The notes under the pieces were generated by a model that had not been told where the DNA came from, ran no database searches, and saw only the letters and a list, made by a program, of their open reading frames with translations. A stretch of 64,000 bases of DNA from an uncultured bacterium (lineage in GTDB: Bacteria > Oederibacteriota > Oederibacteriia > Oederibacteriales > Oederibacteriaceae): positions 2,304,001 through 2,368,000 of the forward strand of contig OZ218778.1 in NCBI GenBank assembly GCA_965112635.1, read 5' to 3'. The position numbers and the translations under genes are program-made. Shown here in pieces: positions 19,390 to 32,487 of the stretch. Position 1 is the stretch's first letter. Each line of letters starts with the position of its first letter.

Positions 19390-20411
19390 TCACTTAAACC
19401 ACGCTAGTAGTATAGCAATCAAAGCGAAAAAACTGCAGGCAATATAGACCCGGCCGACAGCTTGCCGGGGCGTCAATCCCCTGGAAAGCAGGCGGTGGTG
19501 GATATGCGTTTTGTCCGGTTTGGATAAAGGATTGCCTTTTAAAAGCCTGTTTAAAATAACCCAAAAAGCGTCCAGGATCGGGATAGCCAACACTAAAAAC
19601 GGGATGAACACCGACACGGTGGCCGTGGTCTTGAAAGCGCCCAGCAAAGCGATGGCGCTCAGGATATATCCCAAGAACAGGGAGCCTCCGTCACCCATGA
19701 AAATGGTAGCCGGGGAAAAATTAAATTTTAAAAAACCCAGGCTGGCTCCAGCCAGGCCGCAGGATAAAAGCGCGGTAAAGGTCAAATGGCCCAAGTTTTC
19801 TGGTGAGGCATGGGTTTTCAAAATAAGGGACACCGCGAAAAAAGTCACCCCCCCGATAAAAGCAACGCCGGCCGCCAAACCGTCCAGGCCGTCGATGAAG
19901 TTAAAGGCGTTCAAAAGGGCCACGACCCAGAACAAGGTCAGGACGGTCGTTCCAAAACTGTTCAACACGATATCGTGCCCGGTAAAGGGGTTGGTAAAGC
20001 CGCTGATCTTTATTCCGAACGACATGAGCAGGACCACCGCCAGGATCTGCACCAAAAGTTTCAACTTCGGCGGGAGGGGCCTGAAGTCGTCGTAAAGGCC
20101 CAGGGCCATGATGACCAAGCTTCCCAAAAAAATACCCGTGAACTCAAACGCCAATTGGCAGTCGTCGTAGCTGACCAACCGCCTGAATTTGGCAGATAAG
20201 CCGAGCCACAACCCAAAGGTAAGGAAAAATGACAGAAAAAGGGCCATCCCTCCCCAGCGGCTGACGACTTTCTGGTGGACCTTTCTCCTGTCCGGCCTGT
20301 CAATGACTCCGAGTCTTTTGGCCAGACGCCTGACGCCGGGGGTGAGGAGAAACGACAAAAAAAGGGACGCTAGAAAAGTGGCGAAATACAGGAATAGGTA
20401 TTGATGCCCGG

Positions 20412-20439
<28 letters not shown>
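19390..20439 (-). CDS. WecA/TagO-type undecaprenyl-phosphate GlcNAc-1-phosphate transferase
   Basis: [37 protein letters not shown]. Confidence 0.92.
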
Positions 20440-21647
<1,208 letters not shown>

Positions 21648-21648
21648 G

Positions 21649-22119
21649 TTACTTGGCTCCTCTCTCTTTCAATATTTTCTTCTCGATCTCCCCTATTTTC
21701 TTCAGCCGCCTCACATGGCGCTCTTCATTGGAAAACGGCGTCTTCACCCAGATACCGGCTATCTGCTTGGCCTCTTCCACGTTAAGGATCCTGCCGGCAA
21801 GCACGAGAATATTAGCGTCGTTATGGCTGCGGCTCATTTGAGCCATAAAGGGGTTTAAACATAAAGCAGCGCGTATCCCCGGGACTTTATTGGCCACAAT
21901 GTCCTGTCCGATACCGGTGCCACAGAACAAAATACCGGCATCATACTTTTTTTCCGCCACGGCCACGGCAACCTCATAAGCTTTATCGGGATAATCACAG
22001 GGATTATCATTAAAAACCCCAAAATCCTTGATCTCAAACCCCATCTCGGCCAACAACTTTTTTATGGCTTCTTTCAAAGAATAACCCGCATGGTCCGCGC
22101 CCAGCGCGATAGATTTCAT
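21649..22119 (-). CDS. rpiB: ribose-5-phosphate isomerase B
   Basis: [27 protein letters not shown]. Confidence 0.95.
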   Translation of the reverse strand: MKSIALGADHAGYSLKEAIKKLLAEMGFEIKDFGVFNDNPCDYPDKAYEVAVAVAEKKYDAGILFCGTGIGQDIVANKVPGIRAALCLNPFMAQMSRSHNDANILVLAGRILNVEEAKQIAGIWVKTPFSNEERHVRRLKKIGEIEKKILKERGAK

Positions 22120-22787
22120 TTTGTTCCGGCTCCTGATTTAATTTTTTTTATCTGCCTTTGTGTGACGACCCCTGCCCTTAAAATTCCCTCAAAAGACGGG
22201 GTCCACTGGTACACCGTGGAAACACGGCCATATCTGACTCGCCCGCCGTCCAGGACCAAAGGAACATATCTTCCCAACTGGCTGACAACCTCTCCTGCTG
22301 TTCGGGCTTCTTGTCGGCCGCTTTTGTTGGCGCTGGTCAATATTAGCGGTTTTTTGAACATCCTAGAGATACACAAAGCCAAGATGTTTGCCGGATACCG
22401 TAATCCCACCGTCTTTCCCGGATCCTTGCGATCCGGCAAAACCAGCGTCAAGGGACCCGGCCAAAAACACTCCATCATTTTTTTAATGAACAAAGGAACG
22501 GGACCGCATAATTCTAGAGCCTGCTTCCGGCTATGGACCAACAAAGCAGAAGGTTTATTTTTTGCTCTGCCTTTAGCGTTATAAAGTTTCCTTTGGGCGC
22601 GAGGCAAACCAAAGGCCGCTGCCACACCGTAAACGGTTTCAGTGGGGAACGCTACAATTTCCCCTTTTTTTAGCAAGGCCACGCATTGCTTAATGACGAA
22701 TCTCGGAGGATTCGCCGGATCAACCTTAACGACTTGGGGAAAAACGCTATTTTTTGTATTTGAACTTTTGCTCAATATATTTGGCAT
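22116..22787 (-). CDS. tsaC: L-threonylcarbamoyladenylate synthase (Sua5/TsaC)
   Basis: FPTETVYG, KGR...KP, FWPGPLT, TSANKSG; start uncertain. Confidence 0.92.
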   Translation of the reverse strand: MPNILSKSSNTKNSVFPQVVKVDPANPPRFVIKQCVALLKKGEIVAFPTETVYGVAAAFGLPRAQRKLYNAKGRAKNKPSALLVHSRKQALELCGPVPLFIKKMMECFWPGPLTLVLPDRKDPGKTVGLRYPANILALCISRMFKKPLILTSANKSGRQEARTAGEVVSQLGRYVPLVLDGGRVRYGRVSTVYQWTPSFEGILRAGVVTQRQIKKIKSGAGTK

Positions 22788-23289
22788 ACCCCAACTTATT
22801 CAGCTCTTCCCCTTTTTGCATGGTCTTTTGGGCGAGTTTCTTTTTGTAACTTTCCAAGGAAGTTTTAAGGGAGGACTGTTTTTTACTTAACATCTGCACC
22901 GCTAAAACCCCGGCATTCACGGCTCCGCTGATGCCAAGTCCTGTAACGGCCACTGGGACCCCCGCGGGCATTTGCACCATGGACAACAGGGAGTCCAAAC
23001 CACCCATGACAGGGGTCATCATGGCTACGCCAATGACAGGCAAAACGGTCTCAGCCGCGATAACTCCGGCCAAATGGGCTGCCCCGCCTGCCCCGGCGAT
23101 AATAATTTCTACCCCGCTCTTTTCGGCCTCTTGGATGATTTGGCGTGTGGCCTGGGGAGAACGGTGCGCGGAAGTGATGGTCATGATATAAGGGATCTTG
23201 AACTCTTCCAACACCAAGACAGCTTCCTGCATCACCGGCAGATCAGAGTCGCTGCCCATCACGATTAATACTAATGGTTTTTCTGCCAT
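22747..23289 (-). CDS. purE: PurE (AIR carboxylase / N5-CAIR mutase)
   Basis: MGSDSD, SAHRSP, AGGAAHL, QMPAGVPVA. Confidence 0.96.
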   Translation of the reverse strand: MAEKPLVLIVMGSDSDLPVMQEAVLVLEEFKIPYIMTITSAHRSPQATRQIIQEAEKSGVEIIIAGAGGAAHLAGVIAAETVLPVIGVAMMTPVMGGLDSLLSMVQMPAGVPVAVTGLGISGAVNAGVLAVQMLSKKQSSLKTSLESYKKKLAQKTMQKGEELNKLGYAKYIEQKFKYKK

Positions 23290-23322
23290 AAACCTCCCCC
23301 CTGAACAGATTTGCTTTTGGCT

Positions 23323-24597
23323 TTACCGCTGGAGATTTAATCTATGGGCGATATCTTTTCGGAAATGCATCCCTTCAAACGAGATCCCTTTTACGGCCTG
23401 ATAGGCTTGGTTCAAAGCTTCACGATGGCTTTCTCCCCAGGCACTGACCGTCAACACCCTTCCTCCAGCAGTAAGAATTTTACCATCTTTAGCGACAGTG
23501 CCGGCATGAAAAACTGCGGTTTGGGGGATATTTTTCACGGTTTCAAGACCAAATATTTCTTTGCCCACTTCATACAGTCCGGGGTATCCATGGGAGGCTA
23601 GCACGACGCAAACGCATGCCTCAAAAGCCGTTTCCAAAGTAACCTCTGCAAGACGGCCTTCAACGGTATCCAGCATCAGGCCGGCTAGATCGTTTTTAAG
23701 AAGCGGGAGAACGGCCTGGGCTTCCGGATCGCCAAAGCGGACATTGAACTCGATGACTTTGGGTCCTTGAGGCGTGATCATCAAACCCACATACAACAGG
23801 CCTTGGTAAGGGATGCCTTCTTTGGCCATCCCTTCCACCAAAGGCTTAATGATCTTTTGTTCAACGATTTTGGCGACAGCGGGGGTCACCACGGGCGCGG
23901 GGCTGTAGGCGCCCATGCCGCCCGTGTTGGGTCCTTGGTCCCCGTCCAACGCCCGCTTGTGGTCTTGGGCGGATGGCAAAACCTTGAAATCCTTGCCGTC
24001 CACCAGGGCGAGCACCGTAGCCTCTTCCCCTTCCAAATACTCCTCCACCAGCACCGTATCGCCTGCCGAGCTGAAAACTTTTTCGGTCATGGCCTGATCC
24101 AGGGCCTGGTGGGCCTGTTCACGGGTCTGGCACACGGTCACCCCTTTGCCCTGGGCCAGCCCGTCGGCCTTGATCACCATGGGTAAAGGATGATGCGCGG
24201 CGTAACTTTTCGCCTGCTTCACGTCCGTGAAAGTCTCGCAGAAACCGGTCGGAATTTTGTATTTTTTCATGATCTCTTTGGCGAACAGCTTGCTGGATTC
24301 CAGTTTGGAAGCGGCTTGGGACGGGCCGAAGACCAGTTGGCCGTTTTTCCTGATGGCATCGGACAGGCCCAGGGCCAAAGGCGCTTCGGGACCGACGATG
24401 GTCAGGTCTATTTTCTCTGCTTTGACCCAGTCAGCCATCTTTTGTATTTGTTCGGTCTTGATGGGAATGCACTGGGCCAGCTCGGCTATGCCCGGGTTGC
24501 CCGGAGCCGCATAAAGGTTTTTAACTTTTACGCTCTGCGACAGCTTCCAGGCCAGCACATGTTCTCTGGCCCCGCCGCCGACCACCAGAACCTTCAT
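23323..24597 (-). CDS. purD: phosphoribosylamine--glycine ligase
   Basis: GGGAREH, VGPEAPL, KADGLAQGKGV, QDHKR, GPNTGGMG, RFGDPE. Confidence 0.97.
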   Translation of the reverse strand: MKVLVVGGGAREHVLAWKLSQSVKVKNLYAAPGNPGIAELAQCIPIKTEQIQKMADWVKAEKIDLTIVGPEAPLALGLSDAIRKNGQLVFGPSQAASKLESSKLFAKEIMKKYKIPTGFCETFTDVKQAKSYAAHHPLPMVIKADGLAQGKGVTVCQTREQAHQALDQAMTEKVFSSAGDTVLVEEYLEGEEATVLALVDGKDFKVLPSAQDHKRALDGDQGPNTGGMGAYSPAPVVTPAVAKIVEQKIIKPLVEGMAKEGIPYQGLLYVGLMITPQGPKVIEFNVRFGDPEAQAVLPLLKNDLAGLMLDTVEGRLAEVTLETAFEACVCVVLASHGYPGLYEVGKEIFGLETVKNIPQTAVFHAGTVAKDGKILTAGGRVLTVSAWGESHREALNQAYQAVKGISFEGMHFRKDIAHRLNLQR

Positions 24598-24752
24598 GAC
24601 CTTCCCTCTTCCTGTTTGCTTTTCACAAAAGGCTTTCTGCCCTGCGATGGCTTAACATTTTTTGACTTCAGGGAAAACTGGATTGTTTCCCGGTGCAGCA
24701 CAGGCTTCCCTCTTTGCCTTAGATTAATATTTCTAAAAACCTGATTTTTCAT
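24594..24752 (-). CDS. putative 52-aa basic small protein
   Basis: Below track cut-off. MKNQVFRNINLRQRGKPVLHRETIQFSLKSKNVKPSQGRKPFVKSKQEEGRS*; fills the purH-purD gap, its TGA overlaps the purD ATG; no clear RBS. Confidence 0.35.
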   Translation of the reverse strand: MKNQVFRNINLRQRGKPVLHRETIQFSLKSKNVKPSQGRKPFVKSKQEEGRS

Positions 24753-24766
24753 GAAGTACAGCCCGT

Positions 24767-26332
24767 CTAATGCCGGAAATGCCTGATGCCGGTAAAGACC
24801 ATAGCCAGGCCGTGTTCGTCAGCGGCTTTGATGGACTCCGCGTCCCGCATTGACCCCCCCGGCTGGATGATGGCTTTGATGCCTGCCTTGGCGGCTGCGT
24901 CCACATTGTCGCGGAACGGGAAAAAAGCGTCGGAAGCCAATACCGCGCCTTGCGCTTTAGCCCCCGCTTGCCTGGAGGCGATCTCCACGGAACCCACCCG
25001 GTTCATCTGCCCAGCCCCCACTCCCACGGTGGCCCGGCCTTTGGCAAAGACAATGGCGTTGGACTTGACGTATTTGGCGACCTTCCAGGCAAAAATAAGG
25101 TCCTTCATTTGCTCATCGGTCGGGGCAACCTTGGTCACCACTTTAAGCGAGGTTTTATCTAAGGTCAGCGAATCGTTATCCTGCAATAAAAGCCCGCCTG
25201 ATATTTTTTTGAAGGCAAGGCTTGCGGGGTCCACGGGCCGATGAAGATCGCCTATGCTCAAAACACGCAAGTCCTTTTTGGCGCGGAAAATATCAAGGGC
25301 CGCTGGGTCAAAAGAGGGGGCAATGATAGCTTCGAAAAAACCAATGGTCTTGACCATATTGTCGGCCAGGCGGCCATCCACATTGCGGTTAACGCTGAGG
25401 ATACCCCCAAAAGCGGAGGTGGGGTCGCAGACATAGGCCTTTTGAAAAGCATCGACAAGGTCGTCGGAACTGGCTACGCCGCAGGGGTTATTATGTTTGA
25501 TAATGACCACGGCAGGCTCCTCAAATTCCTTGATAATATCCAGAGCGCTTTCTAAATCAACGATATTATTATAGGAAAGCTCTTTGCCGTGCAGTTGGAC
25601 TGCATTGGTTAAACTAGGCCCTTTGACTCCAAATTCAGAGTAAAAGGCGGCTTTTTGATGTGGGTTTTCTCCATACCGCAAATCTTGTTTTTTTTGGAAA
25701 GTTAAATGAAGCACCTGCGGTAACGGGTCGGCCTTACCCGTGAGTTGTGAGGCAAGATAATTGTGGACCGCGGTATCATACTCGGAGGTTAACTTAAAGG
25801 TCTCGACAGCCAATCTTTTGCGAAGCCCTTCCCCAATGGACCCATGATTTTCCTGAAGCTCCTTGATGACCTCCTGGTAAAACTTGGGGTGCGGAACTAC
25901 TACGACGCTTTGGAAATTTTTTGAGGCTGACCTGAGCATGGCCGGGCCGCCGATATCAATATTTTCAATGGCCTCCTCCAAAGTAACCCCCGGCTTTTTC
26001 ACGGTTTCCTGAAAAGGGTACAAGTTGACCACGACCATATCGATCGGAAGGATATTATTATCTTTCATCGCTTTCTCATGGTCGGGTTTGCCGCGTATGG
26101 CCAACAGCCCCCCATGAATGACCGGATGGAGCGTTTTGACCCGGCCGTCCATCATTTCAGGATATCCTGTGACTTGGGATACGTCCGTGACCGCCAGCCC
26201 CGCTTTTTTTATAAAATTGGCGGTACCACCAGTGGAAATAATGGTGGCGCGAAAGCGGACCAATTCTTTCAGTAGGTCGCCGAGCCCGTCCTTATTAAAA
26301 ACACTGACTAATGCACGCTGGATTTTGACCAT
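24767..26332 (-). CDS. purH: bifunctional AICAR formyltransferase / IMP cyclohydrolase
   Basis: [44 protein letters not shown]. Confidence 0.98.
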   Translation of the reverse strand: MVKIQRALVSVFNKDGLGDLLKELVRFRATIISTGGTANFIKKAGLAVTDVSQVTGYPEMMDGRVKTLHPVIHGGLLAIRGKPDHEKAMKDNNILPIDMVVVNLYPFQETVKKPGVTLEEAIENIDIGGPAMLRSASKNFQSVVVVPHPKFYQEVIKELQENHGSIGEGLRKRLAVETFKLTSEYDTAVHNYLASQLTGKADPLPQVLHLTFQKKQDLRYGENPHQKAAFYSEFGVKGPSLTNAVQLHGKELSYNNIVDLESALDIIKEFEEPAVVIIKHNNPCGVASSDDLVDAFQKAYVCDPTSAFGGILSVNRNVDGRLADNMVKTIGFFEAIIAPSFDPAALDIFRAKKDLRVLSIGDLHRPVDPASLAFKKISGGLLLQDNDSLTLDKTSLKVVTKVAPTDEQMKDLIFAWKVAKYVKSNAIVFAKGRATVGVGAGQMNRVGSVEIASRQAGAKAQGAVLASDAFFPFRDNVDAAAKAGIKAIIQPGGSMRDAESIKAADEHGLAMVFTGIRHFRH

Positions 26333-26950
26333 TTAAGCTCCCTTAATCCCAATAATAACTTTTTTGCCGCTGATCTTTATCCTGTTTTCAGAGAAATAAG
26401 AAATAGCTTCCGAATAAATTTTATGTTCTTGTTCCAGTATCCGGTCGGACAAAGTCTCTTCTGAATCATTATCTTTAACTTCAACGGCCCTCTGGATAAT
26501 AATAGGGCCCGCGTCTAATTCCACATTAACAACATGGACAGTGCATCCGCTGACCTTAACGCCCGACTCCAACGCTTGCCGCTGGGCGTGTAGCCCCTTG
26601 AATGAAGGAAGCAAAGCAGGATGGATGTTCAATATTTTATTGGGGAAACCCTGGACCAATACCTTAGTGACGATTTTCATATATCCGGCTAAGCAGACCA
26701 GCTCAACCTTTTCCTTCTGAAGCACTGACAAGATTTGCCGGTCATAATCCTCGCGGATTTGGCTGGCTTGAGGAACGATAAAAACGCTTTTTATTCCATG
26801 ATCAGCGGCCTTTTTTAATAATGGGGCGTCTTTTTTGTCGCTGATCACAACAGCGATACGGGCATCCAGAGACTTTTTATCTATATTTTGCAGGATGGCA
26901 TCAAAATTGGAACCCCTGCCTGACCCTAAAACACCCAATGTGATCGGCAT
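26333..26950 (-). CDS. purN: phosphoribosylglycinamide formyltransferase
   Basis: SGRGSN, LAGYM, NIHPALLP, GCTVH, DAGPII. Confidence 0.97.
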   Translation of the reverse strand: MPITLGVLGSGRGSNFDAILQNIDKKSLDARIAVVISDKKDAPLLKKAADHGIKSVFIVPQASQIREDYDRQILSVLQKEKVELVCLAGYMKIVTKVLVQGFPNKILNIHPALLPSFKGLHAQRQALESGVKVSGCTVHVVNVELDAGPIIIQRAVEVKDNDSEETLSDRILEQEHKIYSEAISYFSENRIKISGKKVIIGIKGA

Positions 26951-27043
26951 ATTCTTGCTTATCCATCTTTGGAAGGATGCGGAAATTTAAACAGTGAATA
27001 TTATATTGAGGTTTTGGAAATTTGCCAGTCTGCGGGAAAGAAA

Positions 27044-28249
27044 TTATCCCTTTTTGAAAACGGTTTTCCCGCCGACTATGGTGCGGATCACGTTGAACTG
27101 CTTGTCCAGGACCACCAAGTCGGCGTCATGGCCAGGGAGGATCTGGCCTTTATGGTCATGGATACCCATAATACGCGCCGGGACAAAAGAGGCCATACGT
27201 AAGGCGTCCGCAGGTGGAGTGCCAATCTGTTTTACCAAGGTCTGGACGGTTTGATTCATGCGGATCACGCTGCTGGCGTAGCCTGTGCCTTCGGGAACTA
27301 CAGCCATACCGTTTTTAACGATAACTTTTTTCCCGTCCTTTGGTCCGAAAGCATAAACACCTGGAGGCATACCAGCTCCCCTCATGGCATCCGTAATGGT
27401 GCAAACCTTGTCCCATCCCTTGGCTTTGATGGCCAGACTCATGAAATAAGGATGAACATGGAGCCCATCAGCAATAATTTCTGCAGTTATATCCGGCCTG
27501 ACCAGGATGGTCTCCAAAACCCCCGGGATGCGGCTTGGACCTTTTTTTACCGCCCTGGACATTGCATTGAAAAGATGTGTGGAATGGGTCATCCCGGCCT
27601 TGATCCCTTTATCCACAACCTTGTAATCTGCGCCAGAATGTCCGACAGCCACTACGGCGCCGTGCTTCCTAAATAACCGGGTTGTTTCTAAAGCATACGG
27701 GATCTCAGGAGAAAGCGAAACCCTGCTGATGATATCGGCGTATCTCAACATGGCCCGTACTTCTCGGGGCGACGGATTCCTGACATATTCGGGAAGATGA
27801 CAACCCTTATACTCCATGTTAAAAAAAGGTCCCTCCAGATGGACCCCGAGTACCTGAGCGCCATAACCTGATTTTTTCTTTAAAATACGGGCTGTAGCTA
27901 ATACCTTGAGGATCTTATCCAATGGGGCCGCGGCCGTAGTGGCCAAGAGGCTTGTCGTTCCTCCGGCAGCGTGATATCGGCAAATATTGATAAAACTGTG
28001 TTGGTCGCCATCCATAAAATCGCTGCCAAGCCCTCCATGTATATGTAAATCAATAAAACCAGGAGTGACGATAGCGTCCTCGAATTGCATGGTGTCGCGG
28101 CGGCCCTTTCCTCGCGAAAACAATTCAGCTCTGTCTGAAAAATCAAGGTTTTCGATAATGCCGCCATTAATAGTAATCATACCTGCCCTAAAAGCACCCT
28201 CTGGTTGAAGGATATTTTTACTGAATATCCTAAAAGTTTTTTTTCCCAT
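27044..28249 (-). CDS. nagA: N-acetylglucosamine-6-phosphate deacetylase
   Basis: PGFIDLHIHG, HLEGPF, HLFNAM, IADGLH, TDAM, DADLV. Confidence 0.9.
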   Translation of the reverse strand: MGKKTFRIFSKNILQPEGAFRAGMITINGGIIENLDFSDRAELFSRGKGRRDTMQFEDAIVTPGFIDLHIHGGLGSDFMDGDQHSFINICRYHAAGGTTSLLATTAAAPLDKILKVLATARILKKKSGYGAQVLGVHLEGPFFNMEYKGCHLPEYVRNPSPREVRAMLRYADIISRVSLSPEIPYALETTRLFRKHGAVVAVGHSGADYKVVDKGIKAGMTHSTHLFNAMSRAVKKGPSRIPGVLETILVRPDITAEIIADGLHVHPYFMSLAIKAKGWDKVCTITDAMRGAGMPPGVYAFGPKDGKKVIVKNGMAVVPEGTGYASSVIRMNQTVQTLVKQIGTPPADALRMASFVPARIMGIHDHKGQILPGHDADLVVLDKQFNVIRTIVGGKTVFKKG

Positions 28250-28295
28250 TTTTTACCAACCTCCCGAATGTATTAACACAGAAAACAATTTCTCC

Positions 28296-30449
28296 TTATT
28301 GTTTATCAACAACAATTTTGGAAAAATCAGCTAAATTCTGCAAGTACTCTTTTATCTGTTGCATAAGGGCCAAATGATTTTCACGTCGCACAGGGTCATC
28401 ACACATCACCATCACTTTATCAAAATATTTGTTGATTAAAGGACAGAAATTCTCCAAATGATTTTTGTAGTTAGTAAAATCGCGGGTTTTAATAAATGGC
28501 AAAGTATTTATTGTTTCGCGCATTAAAAGCTCATACAGGTCCTTTTCAATCTTATCGCTACTGATCTCCGGGTTGAACCTTGCTGAAACTACTTTATCTT
28601 TGGGAAGGATATTTAACACGCGGATGAGAGTTACTACCAAAGTGGCAAAGTCACTTTGTTTTTGCCATTCCGAGAGAGCAAGGGCTCGATTGATCACCCC
28701 GTCCAAATAGGTCAACTCCCCAGCCAAAACAGCCTCTCTCAGATCATACCTTACCCCTTTCTCGTCTAAGACCGCTTCTAATCTTGGCTTAAAAAGGGAT
28801 TCGATCTTTGACCTAACCGCTGTTATGGGCTGGGTCAATTGGCTACCAAACAACTCATAAGCTTTTTGGATTAAATCGGCCATCTTGATTTGTAGGGGCC
28901 TGTCCAATAATAATAAAACGACCCCGCTTGCTGCCCTTCTTAAACCAAAAGGGTCCTGGGAACCGCTGACCTCAATGCCTGCGCCCAAAAATCCAACCAG
29001 CTGATCTATTTTATCGGCAAGAGCCAAACTTGATCCTGCCAGGGTCACGGGTAGCTTATCCCCGGCATAGCGGGGCAAATAATGCTCTTCGATCGCCTTC
29101 GCTTGAGATACTTGCTGCAGTTCCGCATAAATACGTCCCATAACTCCTTGTAATTTAGGAAATTCCCTTACCATATTGGACATCAAATCGATCTTGCACA
29201 GATGGGCTACCTTCTCGATTTCCTTAGTGTCTTCAAGACCAGCACCCCATCCCTGCGCGATATAAGAAGCAAGAATCTCCAGGCGCATGCTCTTCTCTGC
29301 CATGGAACCTAGCTTGATATGCCAAGTAACCCGGCTTAAACCAACCCATTTTTGTTCTAAATTATTCTTCAAGTCCTCATCATAAAAAAACTGTGCGTCT
29401 TTTAATCTCGCCTCAAGAACAGCATTATTCCCGACCCTGATTCCGCCTGCGCTCTTTCTCGGGCCGTCCAGAACATTTATAAAATTGGCCATCAATTGAC
29501 CGGTTGCCTTTTCCCTGACAGGGAAATACCTCTGGTGCTCTTCCATGACGCTTATTAAAATTGGTTCAGGAAGGGCCCTGTATTTTTCGTCAAAATCTCC
29601 TTTTAAAACTCCTGGAAATTCAATGAGGTTATTCACTAATTCTAATAGTTCCGGGGACATAACTGGATCACCCTTAATACTCAATGCAACCTTATTAATA
29701 TTTTCAATGACCATCCCCTTCCGAATTTCTGGATCAATAATGACTGCGTTCTTCTTCATTACTGATAGATAATGGGCCACATTTAAAACTTTAATAGGTT
29801 TGTTAGAAATAACCCGATGCCCAAAAGTAAAATTGGAGGATTGTACCCCAGCAACGGAAAAATTAATGACTGTGTCCTTGAATATAGCCAGAATCCATCT
29901 TATAGGTCGTCCAAATTTAAAATTGTCTGCCGACCAGCGCATGGCTTTAGAAAATTCGATTGAGCCTACTACCTCCGGCAACAACCTGGGGAGCACAAGG
30001 CTAGTTTCTTCTCCACGATCAAATCGATTTGCAAAAACGTATTCCCCTTTATTTGTGGTTTTGATAAATAGTTCACCTACAGAAACCCCTTGAGACTTAG
30101 CAAAACCAATCACTGGCGCTAGGGGCGTATTATTGGGGTCAAAAGACACATTTTTAGACGGACCTTGAACTTCCCATTGCCTTTCCTGCTGCTTGGCCGC
30201 TACTCCCTCGACCAATAGGATTAAACGCCGTGGTGTGCCAAAAACCTGGAGACTTTTATAGGCGATTCGTTGTGAGGCAAGCTTTTCCGCTGCAATCTTC
30301 TCAAGACGATTAATGGCTCCAGTAAGAGAGGAAAAAGGAAGTTCCTCGCAACCTATTTCCAATATCAAACTTGAGGGTTGTTTGAGGTTGGCAACCTTAC
30401 GCCTTTTAATAGTTTTCGCTGGTACTCTTTTTCTATTCGCCTTTTTCAT
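28296..30449 (-). CDS. glyS: glycine--tRNA ligase beta subunit
   Basis: [41 protein letters not shown]. Confidence 0.96.
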   Translation of the reverse strand: MKKANRKRVPAKTIKRRKVANLKQPSSLILEIGCEELPFSSLTGAINRLEKIAAEKLASQRIAYKSLQVFGTPRRLILLVEGVAAKQQERQWEVQGPSKNVSFDPNNTPLAPVIGFAKSQGVSVGELFIKTTNKGEYVFANRFDRGEETSLVLPRLLPEVVGSIEFSKAMRWSADNFKFGRPIRWILAIFKDTVINFSVAGVQSSNFTFGHRVISNKPIKVLNVAHYLSVMKKNAVIIDPEIRKGMVIENINKVALSIKGDPVMSPELLELVNNLIEFPGVLKGDFDEKYRALPEPILISVMEEHQRYFPVREKATGQLMANFINVLDGPRKSAGGIRVGNNAVLEARLKDAQFFYDEDLKNNLEQKWVGLSRVTWHIKLGSMAEKSMRLEILASYIAQGWGAGLEDTKEIEKVAHLCKIDLMSNMVREFPKLQGVMGRIYAELQQVSQAKAIEEHYLPRYAGDKLPVTLAGSSLALADKIDQLVGFLGAGIEVSGSQDPFGLRRAASGVVLLLLDRPLQIKMADLIQKAYELFGSQLTQPITAVRSKIESLFKPRLEAVLDEKGVRYDLREAVLAGELTYLDGVINRALALSEWQKQSDFATLVVTLIRVLNILPKDKVVSARFNPEISSDKIEKDLYELLMRETINTLPFIKTRDFTNYKNHLENFCPLINKYFDKVMVMCDDPVRRENHLALMQQIKEYLQNLADFSKIVVDKQ

Positions 30450-31323
30450 GTTTATCGCCTTTTAAAAGAGGGAAACCCTTAAGTTGCCTTAGCTCTAAGT
30501 ACCCTTTAGCTACTTTACGGGCTAAAGCCCTCACTCGTGCAATCAAACCGACTCTTTCGCTTACACTGACAGCGCCGCGGGCATCCATAAGATTAAAAAG
30601 ATGGGACGTCTTGAGCATGCAGTCATAGGCGGGCAACACCAGCTTGGCGGCTAAAAGCCTATTAGCCTCTTTTTCATATCCTTCAAAAGTTCGCAGAAGA
30701 AACTCTGGGTCTGCCAACTCAAAATTATATTTTGAGAACTGAAATTCATTATCTTTATAAAGTTCTCCATAGGGAATTCCCTGGGCCCATTCAATGTCAT
30801 AAACACTTTGTTTGTTTTGGATATACATCGTGATGCGTTCCAAACCATATGTTATCTCCACGGGAACTACCTCTAACTCGATATCCCCTACTTGCTGGAA
30901 ATACGTGAACTGGGTAATCTCGATTCCGTCCAGCCAAACCTGCCAGCCTAACCCAAAAGCACCCAAAGTAGGAGACTCCCAATCGTCCTCAACAAATCTA
31001 ATATCATGTTGTCTTAGTTTAAAACCAAGTTCTCCTAAGCTTTCCAAATAAAGATCTTGGATATTTTTAGGGGCTGGTTTTATTAGAACTTGGTACTGGT
31101 AGTAATGCTGTAAACGGTTGGGATTTTCACCATAACGCCCATCGGCGGGTCTACGAGAAGGTTCTACATAAGCGACACTCCACGGCTCAGGACCTAACGA
31201 CCTCAGAAAGGTGTTCATATTGAAAGTGCCAGCACCCTTCTCCATATCATAGGGCTGCACAAGGAGGCAGCCCTGCTTCTTCCAAAACAGCTCTAGTTTT
31301 TTAATAACCGACTGGAAATCCAA
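30433..31323 (-). CDS. glyQ: glycine--tRNA ligase alpha subunit
   Basis: [40 protein letters not shown]; TTG start with AGGAG RBS. Confidence 0.98.
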   Translation of the reverse strand: MDFQSVIKKLELFWKKQGCLLVQPYDMEKGAGTFNMNTFLRSLGPEPWSVAYVEPSRRPADGRYGENPNRLQHYYQYQVLIKPAPKNIQDLYLESLGELGFKLRQHDIRFVEDDWESPTLGAFGLGWQVWLDGIEITQFTYFQQVGDIELEVVPVEITYGLERITMYIQNKQSVYDIEWAQGIPYGELYKDNEFQFSKYNFELADPEFLLRTFEGYEKEANRLLAAKLVLPAYDCMLKTSHLFNLMDARGAVSVSERVGLIARVRALARKVAKGYLELRQLKGFPLLKGDKHEKGE

Positions 31324-31415
31324 GAAATGCTCCTATTTAAAATACTTTAACACACGGTCGTTCTTTAAAAAAAGGAAGATAACGATTAAATACGAAGAGC
31401 TTTATGCTCCATTGT

Positions 31416-31447
31416 AAAAAAGGAGCAGCTCATCACTGCTCCTTTTT
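31416..31447. terminator. intrinsic terminator downstream of the PorV-family gene (bidirectional-looking)
   Basis: aaaaaggagcag-ctcatca-ctgctccttttt perfect inverted repeat with A/T tails. Confidence 0.8.
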
Positions 31448-31479
31448 AGAGAAAAGCTTAAGTTCTTTTTATAAGCTGG

Positions 31480-32403
31480 TTAGAATCTCGCAATAATTGA
31501 AAAGTAATTTAATGGCATCAAATCGTAATTGACATAGGAATAATCTAACTCCAGGAAGAACGCGATAAATCCTGCCCCTAGCGTCAATTGCGGCTGTTGA
31601 ATGCTCTGTTGATTAATAAAACCAATGCGCCCCACTACCGTGTTCTTATACCACAGCTCCATTCCCCCATGTGTTCTCAAATCATATTTGGTGTCTGCAT
31701 CCAAAGCCAGGGTGACCCTGCTATCCATGGCTTTGATAAGCTGAGTGAATGCGCCTCCAATCTTTACGTTCAAGGGAATAACATCGGTCGGCTGGGAAGG
31801 GGTATTCTGCCAAGTTATTGATGTCCCTAATGCATCTTGAACATTCACGCCCAACTTAAGTTGCCGAATAGGTTTAAAAAGCACCCCGACATCCACACCA
31901 TAGCCGCTAAAAGTTGAATCTAAAATGCCGCCAAAAATATACTTAACGGTAAGCCCCACTGCAACTCCCTTGAAAACTCGCAGACCTCCGGAGAGCAAAA
32001 GAGCATTTTCTGAATCCGAAAAGTATGAGTTGATCGTTGGGCCGCTGCTGGTTGTTAGGGGGATATTATCCGAACCTAGTCTTATATAACTTATCGCATA
32101 GGTCCCAAAATCTTCAAATGTTTGGGCGTAGTTAATAAAATCATAATTCTGAAGTTCATTTGGATTTAAATGAATACCGGTCACTTCGATATTGTCGATA
32201 AACGTTAAGCCAGCTGGGTTCCAGTAAGCCGCGCTGGCATCATCCGCTACTGCAACAAAAGCACCACCCATACCTAAAGCTCTGGCCCCTACACCTATGG
32301 AAAGGAACTCCCCCGCGTAGTTTGTATTCTGAGCAGATGAAATTGAAATCGTCAGCAAAAGGATTAAATTCAATAACGCCAAAATTCTAATTACTCTTGC
32401 CAC
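31480..32403 (-). CDS. PorV/PorQ-family outer-membrane beta-barrel
   Basis: Signal peptide, GARALGMGGAFVAVADDASAAYWNPAGL plug motif, amphipathic beta strands, terminal Phe. Confidence 0.85.
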   Translation of the reverse strand: MARVIRILALLNLILLLTISISSAQNTNYAGEFLSIGVGARALGMGGAFVAVADDASAAYWNPAGLTFIDNIEVTGIHLNPNELQNYDFINYAQTFEDFGTYAISYIRLGSDNIPLTTSSGPTINSYFSDSENALLLSGGLRVFKGVAVGLTVKYIFGGILDSTFSGYGVDVGVLFKPIRQLKLGVNVQDALGTSITWQNTPSQPTDVIPLNVKIGGAFTQLIKAMDSRVTLALDADTKYDLRTHGGMELWYKNTVVGRIGFINQQSIQQPQLTLGAGFIAFFLELDYSYVNYDLMPLNYFSIIARF

Positions 32404-32487
32404 CGTGCCTCCTTATCATAAATGTATATAAAACATATCCCGCACAGATTTCTTTAGCTTGAAATTTCTTTATAATATTTAGGGCTA

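Noticed and set aside
26951-27043. ZTP or purine riboswitch upstream of purN-purH
   Set aside because: A TATAAT box leaves only a leader of about 45 nt, with no riboswitch consensus
31324-31479. T-box leader for glyQS
   Set aside because: No T-box antiterminator consensus seen and no room for stem I; the hairpin fits termination of the PorV-family gene
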